NCBI RefSeq assembly: GCF_009914755.1
Contig: NC_060935.1
DNA: 64,000 nucleotides
Direction: 5' to 3' (one strand)
From: the human T2T-CHM13v2.0 reference genome, Homo sapiens
In this document: one piece after another, positions 42,968-56,599 of the stretch
How positions within the stretch are numbered: position 1 is the first letter of the stretch
Layout of the letters: each line of letters opens with the position of its first letter
Translations under genes and position numbers: made by a program
The notes under the pieces: model-generated
The model's input: only the letters and a program-made list of their open reading frames with translations
Databases searched by the model: none
What the model was told of the DNA's origin: nothing

Positions 42968-44059
42968 AGTACAAACCCTCCATTTTCATAGAAAACAACT
43001 AAGGCCAGAGAGGGTAAGTAAGCTGCCTAAGGTCACACAGCAATTGAGGAGCACAGCAGGAACTATAGTACAGGTGTCTTGTTCCCTAGTGCTGAGCTCT
43101 GTCCATTACACTTGGGGATATAGAGGCAACATGTCACCACCACTGTCATCCACATCAGGACTTTCACCATAAATGCTAAGCCTCGATTCCTTCATCTATA
43201 AAATGGGATGAATAGTAACTAAGTGGAAGAATTGTAAACACCGAATATAAAAGAGCTATTGTCTGACACACAGAAGGGGCTTAGTATATAGGAGTCTTTC
43301 TAGAAAGAAGCCTCACCCAATACCATCTGTCTAGAATCTCTTAGGAAACTGAAGCAGCTGGTCAAAGGGGGAAGTCCTAAAAGCATACACATTTTATCTT
43401 AACTAAAAACATAAAGGGGTGCCCACGTGGATGCGGGGCAAGAGCTTTTCTTGGCATTTAGGCTTGTGTATTGGCGTCCTCCTCATCTTTCTTGCATAAA
43501 GCATTCCCATGGTGCAGTGTTTCCATTTCTTTAAAGTGCAAGGAGAATTTACAGACACTTAAAAGGAATCTGAGGGCAGGATCCTGGGTTTTTACCAACC
43601 CTACCCCCATCCTTTTTTTAAAGTCTTTCCAAAACATTCAATTGAGCATTCATAGAAACATTAACTTTCTTTCATTTCATCCTTGCATTTCTGATTTTCT
43701 TAATACCGAGTTCAAGTTCACAATTACCAAGTATAATGGATATAAACAGGTGTGGTAACCACTCCAGTGCCTCCTGGTAAGGCTGTAACTCAATGATGGG
43801 GCAGAAGTTCACAGGCGAGTTAGTCACAGCTGTTCACCTCCAGCGTCCCACCATGTCACTCGATGTTTTGCAGGAGCAGAGAGAACCCTGGCTCATCCCA
43901 TGGACTGGGCGAATGGAGCTCTTTTAAGGAGAATCTAATGTGTGGTTACTTCGTAGCAAGGCAGTGCTGGAACAATTATCTCCATTTCCCAGCTGAGAAA
44001 CTGAGGGCCATGCCCCTGTTCACACAGTTTTGTGATCACAGAATTAGCCCTGTATAGTT

Positions 44060-44500
44060 TTAATCTTTATAAAACATGATTAGAATACTCCAGTGCAATC
44101 TTTGGGAACTTGTTTTCCACTTACTATTATATTGTTAAGATCATCCACACTGCTGTGAGTTGCCGTGGTTCGCTCAGTTTGACCACTGTGTAATATCCCA
44201 CTCTTAATTTACCACGTTGATTCATCCATTGATGAGCATTTCAGTTGTTTGTGGGTTTCTGCTCTCATGACCAGTGCTGCTATAAAACCGCTCATCCATG
44301 GGCCCTGTCCTACAGTTTCAAGAGCTTAGCTTGGGGATATATCCAGTATTCGAATATTCTAGGTCATAGGTTTAAATATTCAACTTTAGGAGATAATGCC
44401 AAACTCTTTTAGAGCAGTTCTACCAATTTACAAGTCTACTGGCAGTACGAGAGAGTCTATGTCCTCTCCCCTATTTGGTGTGGTCAGACTTCTGGATGCT
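44060..44500 (-). mobile_element. Ancient L1ME 3' fragment
   Basis: TTTTCCACTTA..ATTATATTGTTAAGATCATCCA...GATGAGCATTTCAGTTGTTT...TTCAACTTTAGGAGATAATGCCAAACT. Confidence 0.65.
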
Positions 44501-45584
44501 TGCCAACGGAAAGGTCTAAGTGGGCTTCGTTTCTCTCAGTTCTTTGAGTACACTGGTGTCTTTTCTCCCTCAGGACCTTGAGCAAAGCTGTCTCCCAGAC
44601 GGGATGCTGCTCCCTTGCAGCTCCCCACTCGGCCATCTCCTTCTGCTCTTGGATCCCAGAGAAGCCTTCCTCCACCACCCTCTCCCCATATTCTGTCTAG
44701 TGCTTTGTCTTTTCTCTCTGGCCACAGTGTCAGCTCCATGAGGGCTGTGACCACGTCACTCTTGCCCATCCCCATTCCCAAGCTGGGCATGATTCTTGGG
44801 ACCCATTAGATGTTCAACACATGTCTGTTACATGAATGAATGAGTTGTTAGGGCTTGTCCGTACAGGATGCTTCTTATTGGGAATCACCCTGGCCCCACA
44901 GCCAGTAAAAGTAAAAGCTTCATCTGGTTTCCAAAACCCCAGCCTCCTGTTTTCACCAGCAATAATTTGCTGCAAACCCTGCCAGCGAAATGCACATCAT
45001 TTGGGATGCATAAAGCAAAATGGAATCATGTGCAAGATCTTTGAGGTGGGCTGCGCTGTTTGTCCCAAGTCTGGGAGGCCACAAAGGCATGAAACAAGGC
45101 TGGAGGAGGAGCTAGTGAGAGACAGGAGGTGAGCAGGAAGAGCAGTTATCTCCTTGCCTGCCTCCTCTCTCTCCGTTTGAGAAACATGGGGAATAGGATA
45201 ATCAGGGGGTAGCATGTATGCCCTGCAGGTGGTCCAGGGATCCCTCCTTTCCAGTGGGAACATTGCTGATGATGGGTTTTCTCTTGGGCAGCCCTGCTGA
45301 TAGTGTGAGTTTGACCACTGGCTTCTCATGACTGGGGGACTGGAGGGGTTTCTGGGAGAATTTGCAGGGCTCCATTAGGGCTGTTTGCTGACCTTTTACA
45401 AAAAAATATACTTACTATTGTACTGTTTTCTCTGATTAATTTTCTATACATGCAACGTAGAAAAACTGGAAAAGCTAAAGAAAGCGATAAAATCAGTAAG
45501 CCTCCTCCCATCACCCAGATTCTTCTGCTTCCATGCCACAGTATTTCCTTCTGATTTTTCCTCCTCGCTTGCTCATTTAGGAGA

Positions 45585-46230
45585 GGCTGGAGAATACAGA
45601 GGTTAAGAATATGGGCTTTATAGCCTGACAACTGTGAGTTCAAATCCTGAGTCTGCCTCTTGCTAGCTGCCTGACCTAATGTGAGTTTAAGCCCTCTGTT
45701 TTCCAATCTGCAAAATGGGGCATTAGCCCATAAGTAGTGCCCGCCTCTTAGAATGGTCTTGAGAATGTAATGAGTTTATGCACATAAAGCGTTCAGTACT
45801 GAATAAATGTCAGCTACTGCAATGGCCAATCCATTAAATCATTCAGCAAACACTTATGGAGTACTTACTGTGTGCCAAGCAGTGGTTAAGGAGCTGGGTA
45901 TGTAAAGGCAAAAAAAAACAAGCATGTTACCTCCCCTGGGGAGCTTACAGCCTTTTGGGGTGAGGGTAGGGGTGAGGCAAACACTATCCAAATACGATGC
46001 TAATGAATTTATAATCATGAGCTGTGTTTTGTTATGAACGAAAAGAACAGGGCACTCAGAAAGCTGCAGTTCAGCACAGAAGACGGACGGCTGGGCAAGG
46101 ATGAGGTTTGGGTATGTTCAAGGTGCTGACAGCTGGCTTTCAGGGCTGGATGGAGCTGAGTAAGGAGACCAGCAGTGCGAGGTGGGGCTGGAAGGCTGAT
46201 CCAGCAGCAAATGCAGGGCCTTGTCAGTTT
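45585..46230. mobile_element. MIR (+, 45585-45820) followed by L2 (-, 45830-46230)
   Basis: GAGTTCAAATCCTG...ATCTGCAAAATGGGG; CATTCAGCAAACACTTATGGAGTACTTACTGTGTGCCA. Confidence 0.7.
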
Positions 46231-49200
46231 CCTTGAGGATTTTAAAAAATACAATTCACATGCAAACTGAATATTTATTATAGGCAAATGTGTCTCAAAT
46301 GCGATCACACATGTCCATCCCCTGGGCTCTGCTCTTCTTTCATTTAGCATTGGAACATAGCTTCTCTGAAAAAGGCTTGTAGACATCACTATAAATGGCC
46401 TCAACTCACAGCGCTCCATTGGATGGATGAATGTAGCATCCTTTACCCCGCCCTCCCTCCTTCACTGGAGGTTTGGCTTGTTTGCCCCATTTGGGGGGCA
46501 GCGAGTGGCTGCTCTTTGTGCTCCTAACAGCTTTTCACGAGGACAGGGCCCCTGGACCATCCCACCATAGCACAGGGGTCCCCACTCTACTGGGGAAGGT
46601 GGGGGTGCCAAGCTATCTCCCTGTCCTGCAGGCTTGGCCCAAGCTGAGCTCTGATGTCATGGAAAGTTAGCTGGCAGCTGCTGGCTCTCACCGAAGCTGG
46701 CGGAACCAGGCTGGCGTCTGTCCCTTGACCACAGCTTGTAGCCTCAACCCTCCTCTAGGACATCAAGGCCTCGGTCAGGGCCTTCTGGGGCCTCATTGCT
46801 CCATCCTCTGCCTTCTTATTTCATCTCTTTGTTTTGTCTCCACAGTGCCCTTCCCCCATCTCCCAGTCCTAGCCCCGCCAGGATGGGTTCCTCATGGGAA
46901 CAGGGGTCTCTGGCCTGTTACTAATTATTTCCAAAGACAGCTTGTGACCAGGCAGGTCAGGGACAGACACCAGCTCCTTTCTCTCTGCCCTGTGGCTCTC
47001 CTGCAGAAAGCACATTGCAGAAGTAGGAATGAGGGAGCAGAGCAGGGGGCTGATGAGAGGATTTCCCTGCAGATACAGACCTTTAGGGGAAGGCCCTGGA
47101 AGAAGTGATTGACATGGGACTTGGTGTGGGCCTCATGATGGGGAAGTCCCTCACTAGAAGAAGCCTACAGGGCCTCACCTTCCTGTTCTCTTTCTATTTC
47201 TAGGTCCATCCTGGGAATTTGGGAACTAGAAGGGCCCCTATAGGCCTGATACAAAGTAGCGGGTTGATCAATGTTTGAGTGAATGAATGAATGAATGAAT
47301 GAAAAGACCCTTGGGCTCAGGATCATGGAACAGCAGAGTGGGAGGGGCATGTGGAGACGATCAGTTCGATGTTCTTAACCTCTCTTGGGCAGGCACTTTT
47401 AGGAGAATCTGATAAAGGTTTAGTCATTTTCTCCAGAAACTCACTCTTACCAACACACACTCAAAGCTTTTGCTGTGATTTTGAGGGATCTCAAACCCCT
47501 GGAGTCTTTCTACAGATCTCTGATTGTTTAATGCTCTTATTTTATAGATGAAGAAATGGACACCGAGAGAGGTGCAGGGACCTGCCCACATTCCCAGGAA
47601 GAGGTAGCCAGGCCCTTCTCATCCTCCTCCCTCCAGAGCTCCAGGCCCTGCACAGCTGTATCCCAGGTCTGCCATTCACCAGCTGTGAGATCTTGTCAAG
47701 ATATCTGAGCTCTCTGAATGCCCATTTTCTCATCTATAATCAGGCACAAACAATCCTCATGCCCTGGGTCTTCTTTTGTACTGAGCAAGTGTGACTGTCG
47801 GGTCCCCCACCTGATGGCACCTGCCACTTCCTCACACCTATCCCTTCCCCACAGCATAGGTAGACGCTGGAGGGAGGCATGCATTCCACGTGACACTGTG
47901 TCTGTGCCCTTGGTGCTGAGCACCTCCATGACACCAGAAAAGTTTCCCCAGTTGGGCTCTGTGTAATTTTGGGCTTCTATCTTCTGATTTGTTACGTTGA
48001 ATGAGTACTAGTTCAAAACTCCTTTCTGGGTTTAGCACTCATGAAGTTATTTCTTTTCCAAAATGACATTCTTTGACCATGTGGAGGAGTCATTTCTCCA
48101 GATCAGCTGGCTGAAGGGATGGCAGAGAGGCAGTGATTTGAACACTTCTTTAGTTGGGGGTGGGAAGGAGTGGGCAGAGGGAATGTGGCCAAAGGTCTGC
48201 CTTAGTCACAACAAGCAACCTGGTGACCTGATTTTGAACTGCAACTCAAAGGAGGTAAGTGAAGAAGAGTGCGGTCACGGTGAGGTGGCCGGGAAAACTT
48301 GTGGAGCTTCCTGGGGGACTGCTAAGTGTAAGATAAATGTCTAGAACTTGGGACTTCATACCTCTCAAAGCCTTGGCTCTTGCCCTCTGATAAAGGATCT
48401 TTTCTGTTCTGACTGCAAGCTTCACAAGGGCAGAAATTGTGCTTGATTTGCCCCTTAGACCCATGCACAGCCTGGCACATAGTAGGTGCTCAAGAAATAT
48501 TTTTTGAATAAATGAATTGGCTGGACTGCGGCAGCACAGACCTTACTGTCCCCAGCTTTGGCCTGAGAGGACAGTAGCAGCCCCAAATACTCGGGGTACC
48601 CATGGGTCTTCATGTGGACATGACCCCGCTCCCAAACCCCTTTGTGGCACCCATAGGCACTTGGCGTGTTGGAGACATCCGCTGGCCACCGGATGCTTTC
48701 CCATGCACAAGGTCCCACAGAGGCCACCAGGGAGTTGGGTATTGTCCTGCCCAGAAAGCTTCCACTTGGGTCATTAATAACAGTGCATTTTATAAAAGGA
48801 AAGCCAGCTTCAAAGAGCTGTGGGTTTTTGGGAAGAGCCTTGGATGGAAGTCATTATTTTGCTGCCCCATCTCGCCCGCCGTTCTCTGTCTCCTCTGTCT
48901 TCCATTCAGCCCATGTTTGATCTCCTGCCTGTGCTTTCTTCTGTTGGCTCAGGGTCCAGGGAGAATGGACTATAGTGTCTACAGTGGGAAGGTTGGGGAA
49001 ACCCTTTGAACTGGCCTTTGGTCCGTGAGAGGCGACAGACACAGGAAGGCGGGGTGGGGGAGATCTGAGGTGTCTGGGGTGTGAGTTGGAGGCAGAGGGT
49101 GGTGATGACTCACTGGAAACTTCTCTGCCAGGTCAGGTGAAGAAGGGGGCTCTGGTCTGCAAAAAGCCTGCCTTGGAAAGGACCAGAATCTTTTTTGCTC

Positions 49201-49819
49201 CACTATCGCTAACATGTGTAAAATCATAATCACAGTGATAATAATAGCTCATACTTACCGAGTGCTTTCTCTGCACCACGGTCTGTGCTGGGCAAGGGCA
49301 TGTTTCACTTCATCTTCCCAATAGCGATTCCCTTTTTACAGATGAGGAAATAGAGGTTCTACTACACTGTCACTTCCCCAAGTCACACGGCTGACACCAC
49401 TCCGCTGTGTGACCTGGGTCATATGGGCCACCTCTCTGCATTCTGTTTCCTCATCTGTAAAATGGAAAGGTTGAACTTACTGTATCTAGTTTTTGGTGCG
49501 AGGCACATGAGCCTTGATGTAGGTTTTCTCTGATTATGGCAGGGAGGACCTGGTAGATGGACTTAGCATCATTGTCTGGCAGCACAGCCCTTGGGCTTCA
49601 GGGAAAATACATGGAAGGGAGTTTTTCAGGAGGTGCCTCTCCACTGCAGGTGAGAACAGAGGATGATAGCGCAGCGGCTTGAGTGTGAGTTATAGTCCTT
49701 ACTCATCATCAGTTGAATGTGGCTATTGGGGAAGAGTGTGCCTGCAAAGGCAGTGGAGTGCAGCCTCCCAAAGGAAGACGGAGCTCATGTGCAAGCCAGA
49801 CGCTGTGGACCCAGGCTTG

Positions 49820-50165
49820 GGAGAGAGCAAAGGAGGGAGACAGAGACAAATGAGAGAGCACTGGAGAGACAGAAAGAAAAGGATGGATATAGGTAGCCAT
49901 TCAGAGAGGTAGTGAGGTAGGCAAGGAGGGAGAAAGGTAAACAGAGCCAGAGAGAGAGAGAAAGAGAAATGAAACAACAGAAAATCAGGCCAAGAGACAA
50001 AAGTAGCCAGAGAAAGGCAGGCAAAGAGAGACTGAGACACTGAGAGACAGTGATCAATCAACTTAGAGAAAAGGAGAGAGAGAGATGAGGGACAGGCAGA
50101 AGCAGAATAAGAGAGGAAAGGAGAGGAAGAGCCAGAGGGATGGAGACAAAGAGGAAGGGAGTGGA
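49820..50165 (+). repeat. GA-rich polypurine low-complexity tract
   Basis: ~340 bp of AGAG/GAGACA/GAAAG-type sequence. Confidence 0.85.
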
Positions 50166-51449
50166 GGCTGCCCAGGGAGCCTCTCTCTGGGATTGGGCTG
50201 TGTTCTTCTGTAACTGCAGCTCTGACTGACCAAAGAGAGTAGCCGAGAAGCTAAGCCCAGCTGCCCTGGAGCGGGGCCTGGAAGTCCATCCATAAATGTG
50301 AGGGCTCCAAAGGTGTTGGTTGGATGGAGAGAGAGAAACCTATAGTTCTTTTGGTAAAACCAAAATTATCATTGTCCAGCTCAGTTTCAGGAATGAGCAA
50401 AATCTCCCAGGGAAGTCATCTTGCTCTTTCTGTGTTTTATGGGAGCTGGAATATTGTGGGTGTTAAGCAAACACACACTCTCTCAAATTCAGTCATAGAG
50501 GAAGGCTGGATGGCTGGATGGGAGCTATTAAACAGAGTGGCTCTCACAGCTGGAAAAATACATCATGGACCAAAGCATCACCCAACCGCATAAGTTGGGC
50601 CCCCAGTTCAAGATGGTAGAGAGAGCCCTTCTGCTCCTTTATAAAGGGGAGCCCCAAGATGGCCATGGAGCTCACTCAGGTCTCCACTTAAAATTTCAAG
50701 ATCACTGATGGTCAGAACCAGACAAACTTTTGGAAATGGATAATAAGAGCAGCTGTCCTTTATGGAACATTGATTAGTGGCCAGCCCTATCTAGTACTTT
50801 ATAAATATTTGATTTAATCCTCAAAATGACCCTATGAGGTAGGTCCTATTATTTAACCTACTTATTTACTACTACCTAACCTGTCACTTAATGGGGGTAG
50901 CCCCATTTTGTAGATGGAAAAATTGAGCCCTCCTGACTTGCCCAGGATCACAGCTAGGAAACAGCAAAGACTTGAATCCCAGGCCTCCCACTTTTCCAGT
51001 TGTTGTTGTTCAGGTGATCATGGTGGATACTGCAGGTGCTTCCAACAGGGAAGGCCCCAGCTGTGGTCACAGTTATCCCTATGGGTTGGAGGTAAGGGAC
51101 AAGGGGTCATCTGGAGGGATGCTGTCTTCTTTCTATACTATATTCTGAGAATGCAGCTGTGCCCTTCTTTCCAGGTACCCTCTTCTACTGTAGGTCACCT
51201 GCACCCCAAGAAGCTTCTTTGGGAAAGAGAAGGTGAAACAGGCAGGTGTTGCCTTGGAGGTTGAGACCTGGTGTCAGGAGTGGGACAGCTATTGATTTGT
51301 TGGCCTATAATCTCTTTATTTTCCCTTTCACTGGTGACATGTTTTCCCGTTCCCCTGAAGGACATCACCTTCTTTATTCCATGTGCTTCTGGCAGAGATA
51401 TCCATCCCAGAGCCTTCCCCTGTCCTTGTACCGTGGCTCACATATGATG

Positions 51450-51950
51450 TTGTGTCTCTGTTAGAATGCTTTCACTTCCAAGTAACAGAATGCACAGCTA
51501 ACTTAAACAATAAAGACATGTAATTGTCTCCCATAAGAACAAAATCTGGAAGCAGAGATCTCTGAAATTTGGTGAAACAGCTGAATAATATCATCAAAGA
51601 CTCAGATTTTTATTATTCTACTGGTATTACTGTGTTGGAGTTTTGTCTTTAGGTTTGTTGGCTTATGGTGGCAAGAGGGCTGCAGTGGCTTTTGCATCAT
51701 GAATATGTTCAAAAGCAGGGATGGAAGCATCTTTTCTTCTTGCTAACCTGGCTCTTACCAGAGAGAGACTTTCCCAGAGTATACCAGCATGCTTCCCCTT
51801 ACAACTCACTGGCAGAATGGAGCCGTCTGGCTACCCTCAACTATAAGCAAAGCTGGGAAAGTTGAGTTTCCGATTTTTTCAGCCTTCAAAATAGGAAATG
51901 GGTAAAGAAGAGCAGAAATGGATACTTGGTAGATAACAAAGGGTGTTTGC
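51450..51950 (-). mobile_element. MLT1 (J/K/L-like) LTR
   Basis: GTTAGAATGCTTTCACTTCCAAGTAACAGAA...CTCACTGGCAGAA...AGCTGGGAAAG. Confidence 0.6.
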
Positions 51951-52956
51951 CTCATAAAGACACAGCCAATCATGTCTACAAGGGTTGGTCCAAAGAGTAA
52001 TCATATGGTGGAAACAGGGCCTATCAGAGTTCTCTCTGGGATTTTACACAAGGATGCTCAAAAGAGACGCACTAGGTCTTCTCAAGTCAAAGGGCTGAGC
52101 TAATATAAGCTTGGGATTCTTTGTGGCTGTGGCCCTTTCCTTTCTCCTGCTGAGTGGAGGGAGCTGGTCTTCAGTAGGAGAAAAGGAGGCCAATGCAAAG
52201 TAGAGCAGAACAAAGGATGAAGAGAGACAGATGGGGCAGGGGGAGAATGAACATATTTGAATTCCTGATTCCTCATTACTGAGAAGTGCTTTGGACTTCC
52301 TGAATTTTGCTTAAATAAATTCAAATTGGATTTTAATTATTTACAATCAAAGTTTTCTGATTGTTTCCAGGCTCATTGATAGCTTTCAGCATCCTAAGGA
52401 CAGGTATCTTCTTGCTCCCAGTGGGTCATGGGACAGAAATGGGTATGTTGAACCCTTCCCCGCACTTCTGATGCCTGGAAAAGGGACTTGGCCAGAGGCT
52501 TGAATCTACAGTTAACCAAATCCAAGCCTAGGAACCACAGACAGATTGCCATAGGCTAGATGAGGGCCCCAGTGTATGTCTTCTTGGGGCAGAAAGGGAT
52601 ATCAGTTACCCCAATCTCGGTGACCAGGACAGTTTCAGAGTCCAGCCCAGTCCATGTTACAAAAGATAATAATAAAGCCAACGCTTAAAGAATGTCACTA
52701 AGTGCCAGTTTACATTTATTATCTTATTTAATTCTTACCATAGCCCTCCCAGACCACTTTAGCAATGAAAGATGCCATTTTGGCAATGAATAAAGTAAGG
52801 CACAGAGAGGTTTAAGAGAAATGTATATGCAACAGTAACGTAGAAACCTTTCTTCAAGTCTTCATTATTTCAAGAACTATCTTTTTTCCCTAACACTTAA
52901 AATGCTTATGTGAATTTTGTGTGTGTATATAAGTTATACATAGCGGGACATGCATA

Positions 52957-53269
52957 CTGTTGGCCCTCTGTATCCACAGGTTCTGCATCTGCAGATTCAA
53001 CTAACAGTGGATGGAAAATATTTGGGAAAAAAGGCAAGAAAAATATAATAAAAATAATACCAATAAAAAACACAGTGTAACAACTATTTACATAGCATTT
53101 ACATTGTATTAGGTATTAAAAGTAATCTAGAGATGATTTAAAATATACAGGAGGATGTGCCTAAGGTAGATAGAAATACTATGCCATTTTATATAAAGGG
53201 CATGAACATCTCTGGATTTTGGCATCTGCAGGGATCTGGAACCAATCCCCTACAGATCCAGAATAACTG
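52957..53269 (-). mobile_element. MER2-like TcMar-Tigger MITE
   Basis: ACAACTATTTACATAGCATTTACATTGTATTAGGTATT..AAGTAATCTAGAGATGATTTAAA...CTGGAACCAATCCCC; TA on both flanks. Confidence 0.85.
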
Positions 53270-53521
53270 TATATGTATATTTTTCAGGCTTTGTACTTGG
53301 GTAATTTCAATCAATCCCTATTTTCTTAAACTAGTTGCTTCAATGTAAAACCTGAATTTTTTATTTTCACAGATAGTTATAGGTAAAAATCCAGTGGTAT
53401 CTTGCTTCATGGTAGAAATGCATACTGGCAGAATTGTGTACAGAGTGGAATATTATGAAGGTATGGGGATGAAAAGATACTGGGTGGGGTTACCTTTCTT
53501 AGAGATCTTTTAAAGTAGGAT

Positions 53522-54096
53522 TGCATTGGTTTTCTATTGCTGCAGAACAAGTTAGCACAAACGTAGTGGCTCAAACCAACACACACAAAACTATCTCCCA
53601 GTTTCTGTGGCTCAATAGTCTGGGCACAGTCTAGCTAAATCCTCTGCTTGGGCTTCAATCCAGAAGTTGCTGGAGCTGTAGTCTCATCAGAAGCTTGGCT
53701 GAGGAAAGACTCATTCCAAACTCACTGAGGTTATCAGCAGAATTTATCTTCTTATGGCCGTAGGACTGATGTCTCCATTTTCTTGCTGGCTGTCAGCAGT
53801 TAGCTGCTATCAGCTTCTAGAGGCCAACCCAGTTCTTTGCCATATGCATCCCCACCACAACAACATGACACTTTATTTCTTTAAAGCCTGCAAGGGAGTC
53901 TCCTTCTCGAATCTGCTAAGATGGAGTCTTTTATAATGAAACATAATCATTGAAGTGACATCGCCTTTCCTTTGCAACATCCTATTGGTTGAAGAAAGTC
54001 ACGTCACAGGTGTGTCCTTCACTCAAGGGGAAGGAATTCTAAAAGGACATGGCTCATGGGTGGTGGGCAGGGGTCACTTTGGGTATGTGTGCCACA
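53522..54096 (-). mobile_element. MLT1E/F-like LTR
   Basis: TGCATTGGTTTTCTATTGCTGC..AACAA...TCCAAACTCACT..GGTTATCAGCAGAATT...GTGTGCCACA. Confidence 0.8.
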
Positions 54097-54172
54097 GGAT
54101 CATTCCTCAGATGCTTCTTGGTGGAGTTTTGGCTAAGGGTAAAAGGGTGGTTTTGATGAACTTCAAGGCATT

Positions 54173-54837
54173 TGTGATGATTAATACTGAGGGTCAATTT
54201 GATTGGATTGAAGGACACATAGTATTAATCCTGGGTGTGTCTGTGTGGGTGTTGTCAAAAGAGATTAACATTTGAGTCAGTGGGCTGGGGAAGGCAGACT
54301 CACCTTTAATCTGATGGGCACAATTTAATCAGTTTCCAGCAAATAAAAAGCAGGCAGAAAAACATGAAAAGGAGAGATGGCCTAGCCTCCTAGCCTACAT
54401 GTTTCTCCCATGCTGGATGCTTCCTGCCCTTGAACATCAGACTCCAAGTTCTTCAGTTTGGGGACTCAAACTGGCTCTCCTTGCTCCTCAACTTGCAGAC
54501 AGCCTATTGTGGGACCTTAAGATCATGTAAGTTAATATTTAATAATACTTAATAAACTCTCCTTTATATGTATAAATGTATATATACACGCACATATATA
54601 CATATAGTCTAAGTTAATACTTAATAAACTCCCTATAATGTAAGTTAATACTTAATAAACTCTCATTTATATATGCAAGCATATATATGCATTGCTCATG
54701 CATTTCTTTACCACTGAAGTTGTTTTACCTTGTAACATGATGATTGGGTCTATATATATGCAAACATATTATATATATATGGGAGTTTATATATGTCCTA
54801 TTAGTTCTGTCCCCCTAAGAGAACCCTGACAAATACA
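54173..54837 (+). mobile_element. MLT2A (HERV-L 5' LTR) with rearranged TA-rich region
   Basis: TGTGATGATTAATACTGAG.GTCAA.TTGATTGGATTGAAGG...GAGATTAACATTTGAGTCAGTGG...CCTATTAGTTCTGTCC...GAACCCTGACAAATACA. Confidence 0.92.
54686..54752 (+). repeat. 67-bp perfect copy of 60196-60262 inserted in the LTR
   Basis: TATGCATTGCTCATGCATTTCTTTACCACTGAAGTTGTTTTACCTTGTAACATGATGATTGGGTCTA is identical at both sites. Confidence 0.97.
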
Positions 54838-56231
54838 GATTTTGGTACCAGGAGTGGTTCTAGAGGAACAGAATATTAAGGATGGAGTTCTTTTGTTGGT
54901 TTTGGGGTTTCTGGAATTAGCTGCTTAATATGATCAGACCCAAATGCTAAGGACTCTACTTCTAACACTGTGGAGAACACTCCTTGTCCTTAGAGTGAAC
55001 TGTTTAGAGAGTTATGCAAAATAAATGCATTTGACACTCCTGATTCACTGCTTATGAGAGGCAAGGCGTTTAGTGACTCTATACATAATACCTTTGACCA
55101 CATGTGGAGAACCAAGGAACATAATGAAGCTGGTTAGTTGCTCCTAGGTTCAGTGGACAAAGTGATGAAAGAAAATGATGAGCCCAGGGATTCTGTCTCC
55201 TGGCTTCAAAAGCAGACACTGAGCCTCAAATCTGCCAAGACTGCCCTGAGTGAGAGTCTTATCTCCTGTAGAGAAAGAGCTGAAATTGTAAAAAAAAAAC
55301 AAAAAACAAAAAACAGACACAAGCTCTTATCCTGCAGTGGCTGAGCTGCAAGGGAAGATGCATGCACAGCCTCACCAGGTGCCTACCGTTAAAGTGAGGG
55401 CATTGATTGGAAAAGAATGGGGCCCTGCAACTTGGAATGGGGACATGTGGGAGGAGCCTGATGAAGCTGGGGACACTGAGTTTGTAAACTCTGATGAATA
55501 TTTTTTGCCAGAAGGAACAGCTTCCCCATCCCCAGTAGTGACAACATCCCCTCCCCGACCCATGCTGCCATCAGCCTTTTTACTTTTATCTGAGGAGATA
55601 AACCCTGCACTGCCCGAGGCAACAGTGATGGCCTCCCCTGAGGCAGTTGCCAGGCAAGAAAATGTTGATTCTCCTCAGAAGCCACCCCCAACACCTCTGT
55701 TTGCTTCTAGACCTGTAACTAGACTAAAGTCCTGGCAGGCCCCTAGAGTTGAGGTTGAGAATGTGACCCATGAGGAGGTGCACTACACTCAAAAAGAACT
55801 GTCTGAGTTCTCTAATTTATATAAACAGCAATCTGGAGAACAGGCATGGTAGTGGATATTAAGGGTATGGGATAATGGTGGAAGGAACATAGAGTTGGAT
55901 CAGGCTGAATTTATTGATTCAGGCCCACTAGGTAGGGACTCTGCATTTAATGTTGCAGCTTGGGAAGTTCAAAAAGGTTCTAATTGTCTATTTGCTTGAT
56001 TAACTGAACTATGGATTAAAAGATGGCCCACTGTGAGTGAGCTGGAAATGCCTGATCTCCCTTAGCTTAATGTAGAGGAGGGGATCCAAAGGCTTGGGGA
56101 GATGGGGATGGTGGAGTGGATTAGTCACTTTTGACCTACTCATCCCAGCTGGGAAGGTCCAGAAGATATAGTCTTGACCAATGCCTTGTGAAATAGATTT
56201 GTCAGGGGAGCACCTGCATCTTTGAAGAGCT
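54838..56231 (+). pseudogene. HERV-L internal region, gag remnant, 3'-truncated (no pol or 3' LTR)
   Basis: ORF 55337-55852 contains VKVRALIGKEWGPATWNGDMWEEPDEAG...YTQKELSEFSNLYKQQSGEQAW, typical of ERV-L gag; in-frame stops on either side. Confidence 0.88.
54843..54857 (+). promoter_or_regulatory. HERV-L primer-binding site (tRNA-Leu)
   Basis: TGGTACCAGGAGTGG just after the LTR is complementary to the 3' end of tRNA-Leu(UAA), ...CCACUCCUGGUACCA. Confidence 0.85.
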
Positions 56232-56599
56232 GAAGAGTGCTGACTAAGACAGCACTCATGCATGTCAGTAGTCCAGCTGGCATGCCATTCAGCATTTTGG
56301 TGCTCTGGGTTGATCATAACCATGTGAATAAGGAACTACAGCTCTCTGGTTGAATTCCTTGATACTGAGCCTGGTTTGCAAACCCCTGATTGGCTGGCAT
56401 TTCCTTCTCCTGCTGGGAGACCTTCTCTTGTAGTTCTAGAGATTGGCTGGGACTAAGAGAATGATGACAAATGTCTAGGCCTGGGTGGGGAGCCCTGAAG
56501 CCTGGACATTCCTCATAATTGGATGTCCCAGTGGTTTTCCTACATCTCTGGCTTTTTAAGTTCCCCCCAAACCTTCTCAAGAAGGAGCTGCTCATCAGG

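Noticed and set aside
55337-55852. Domesticated gag gene (Fv1-like)
   Set aside because: The ORF starts at GTG, is bounded by an upstream A-tract disruption and downstream stops, and covers only part of gag.
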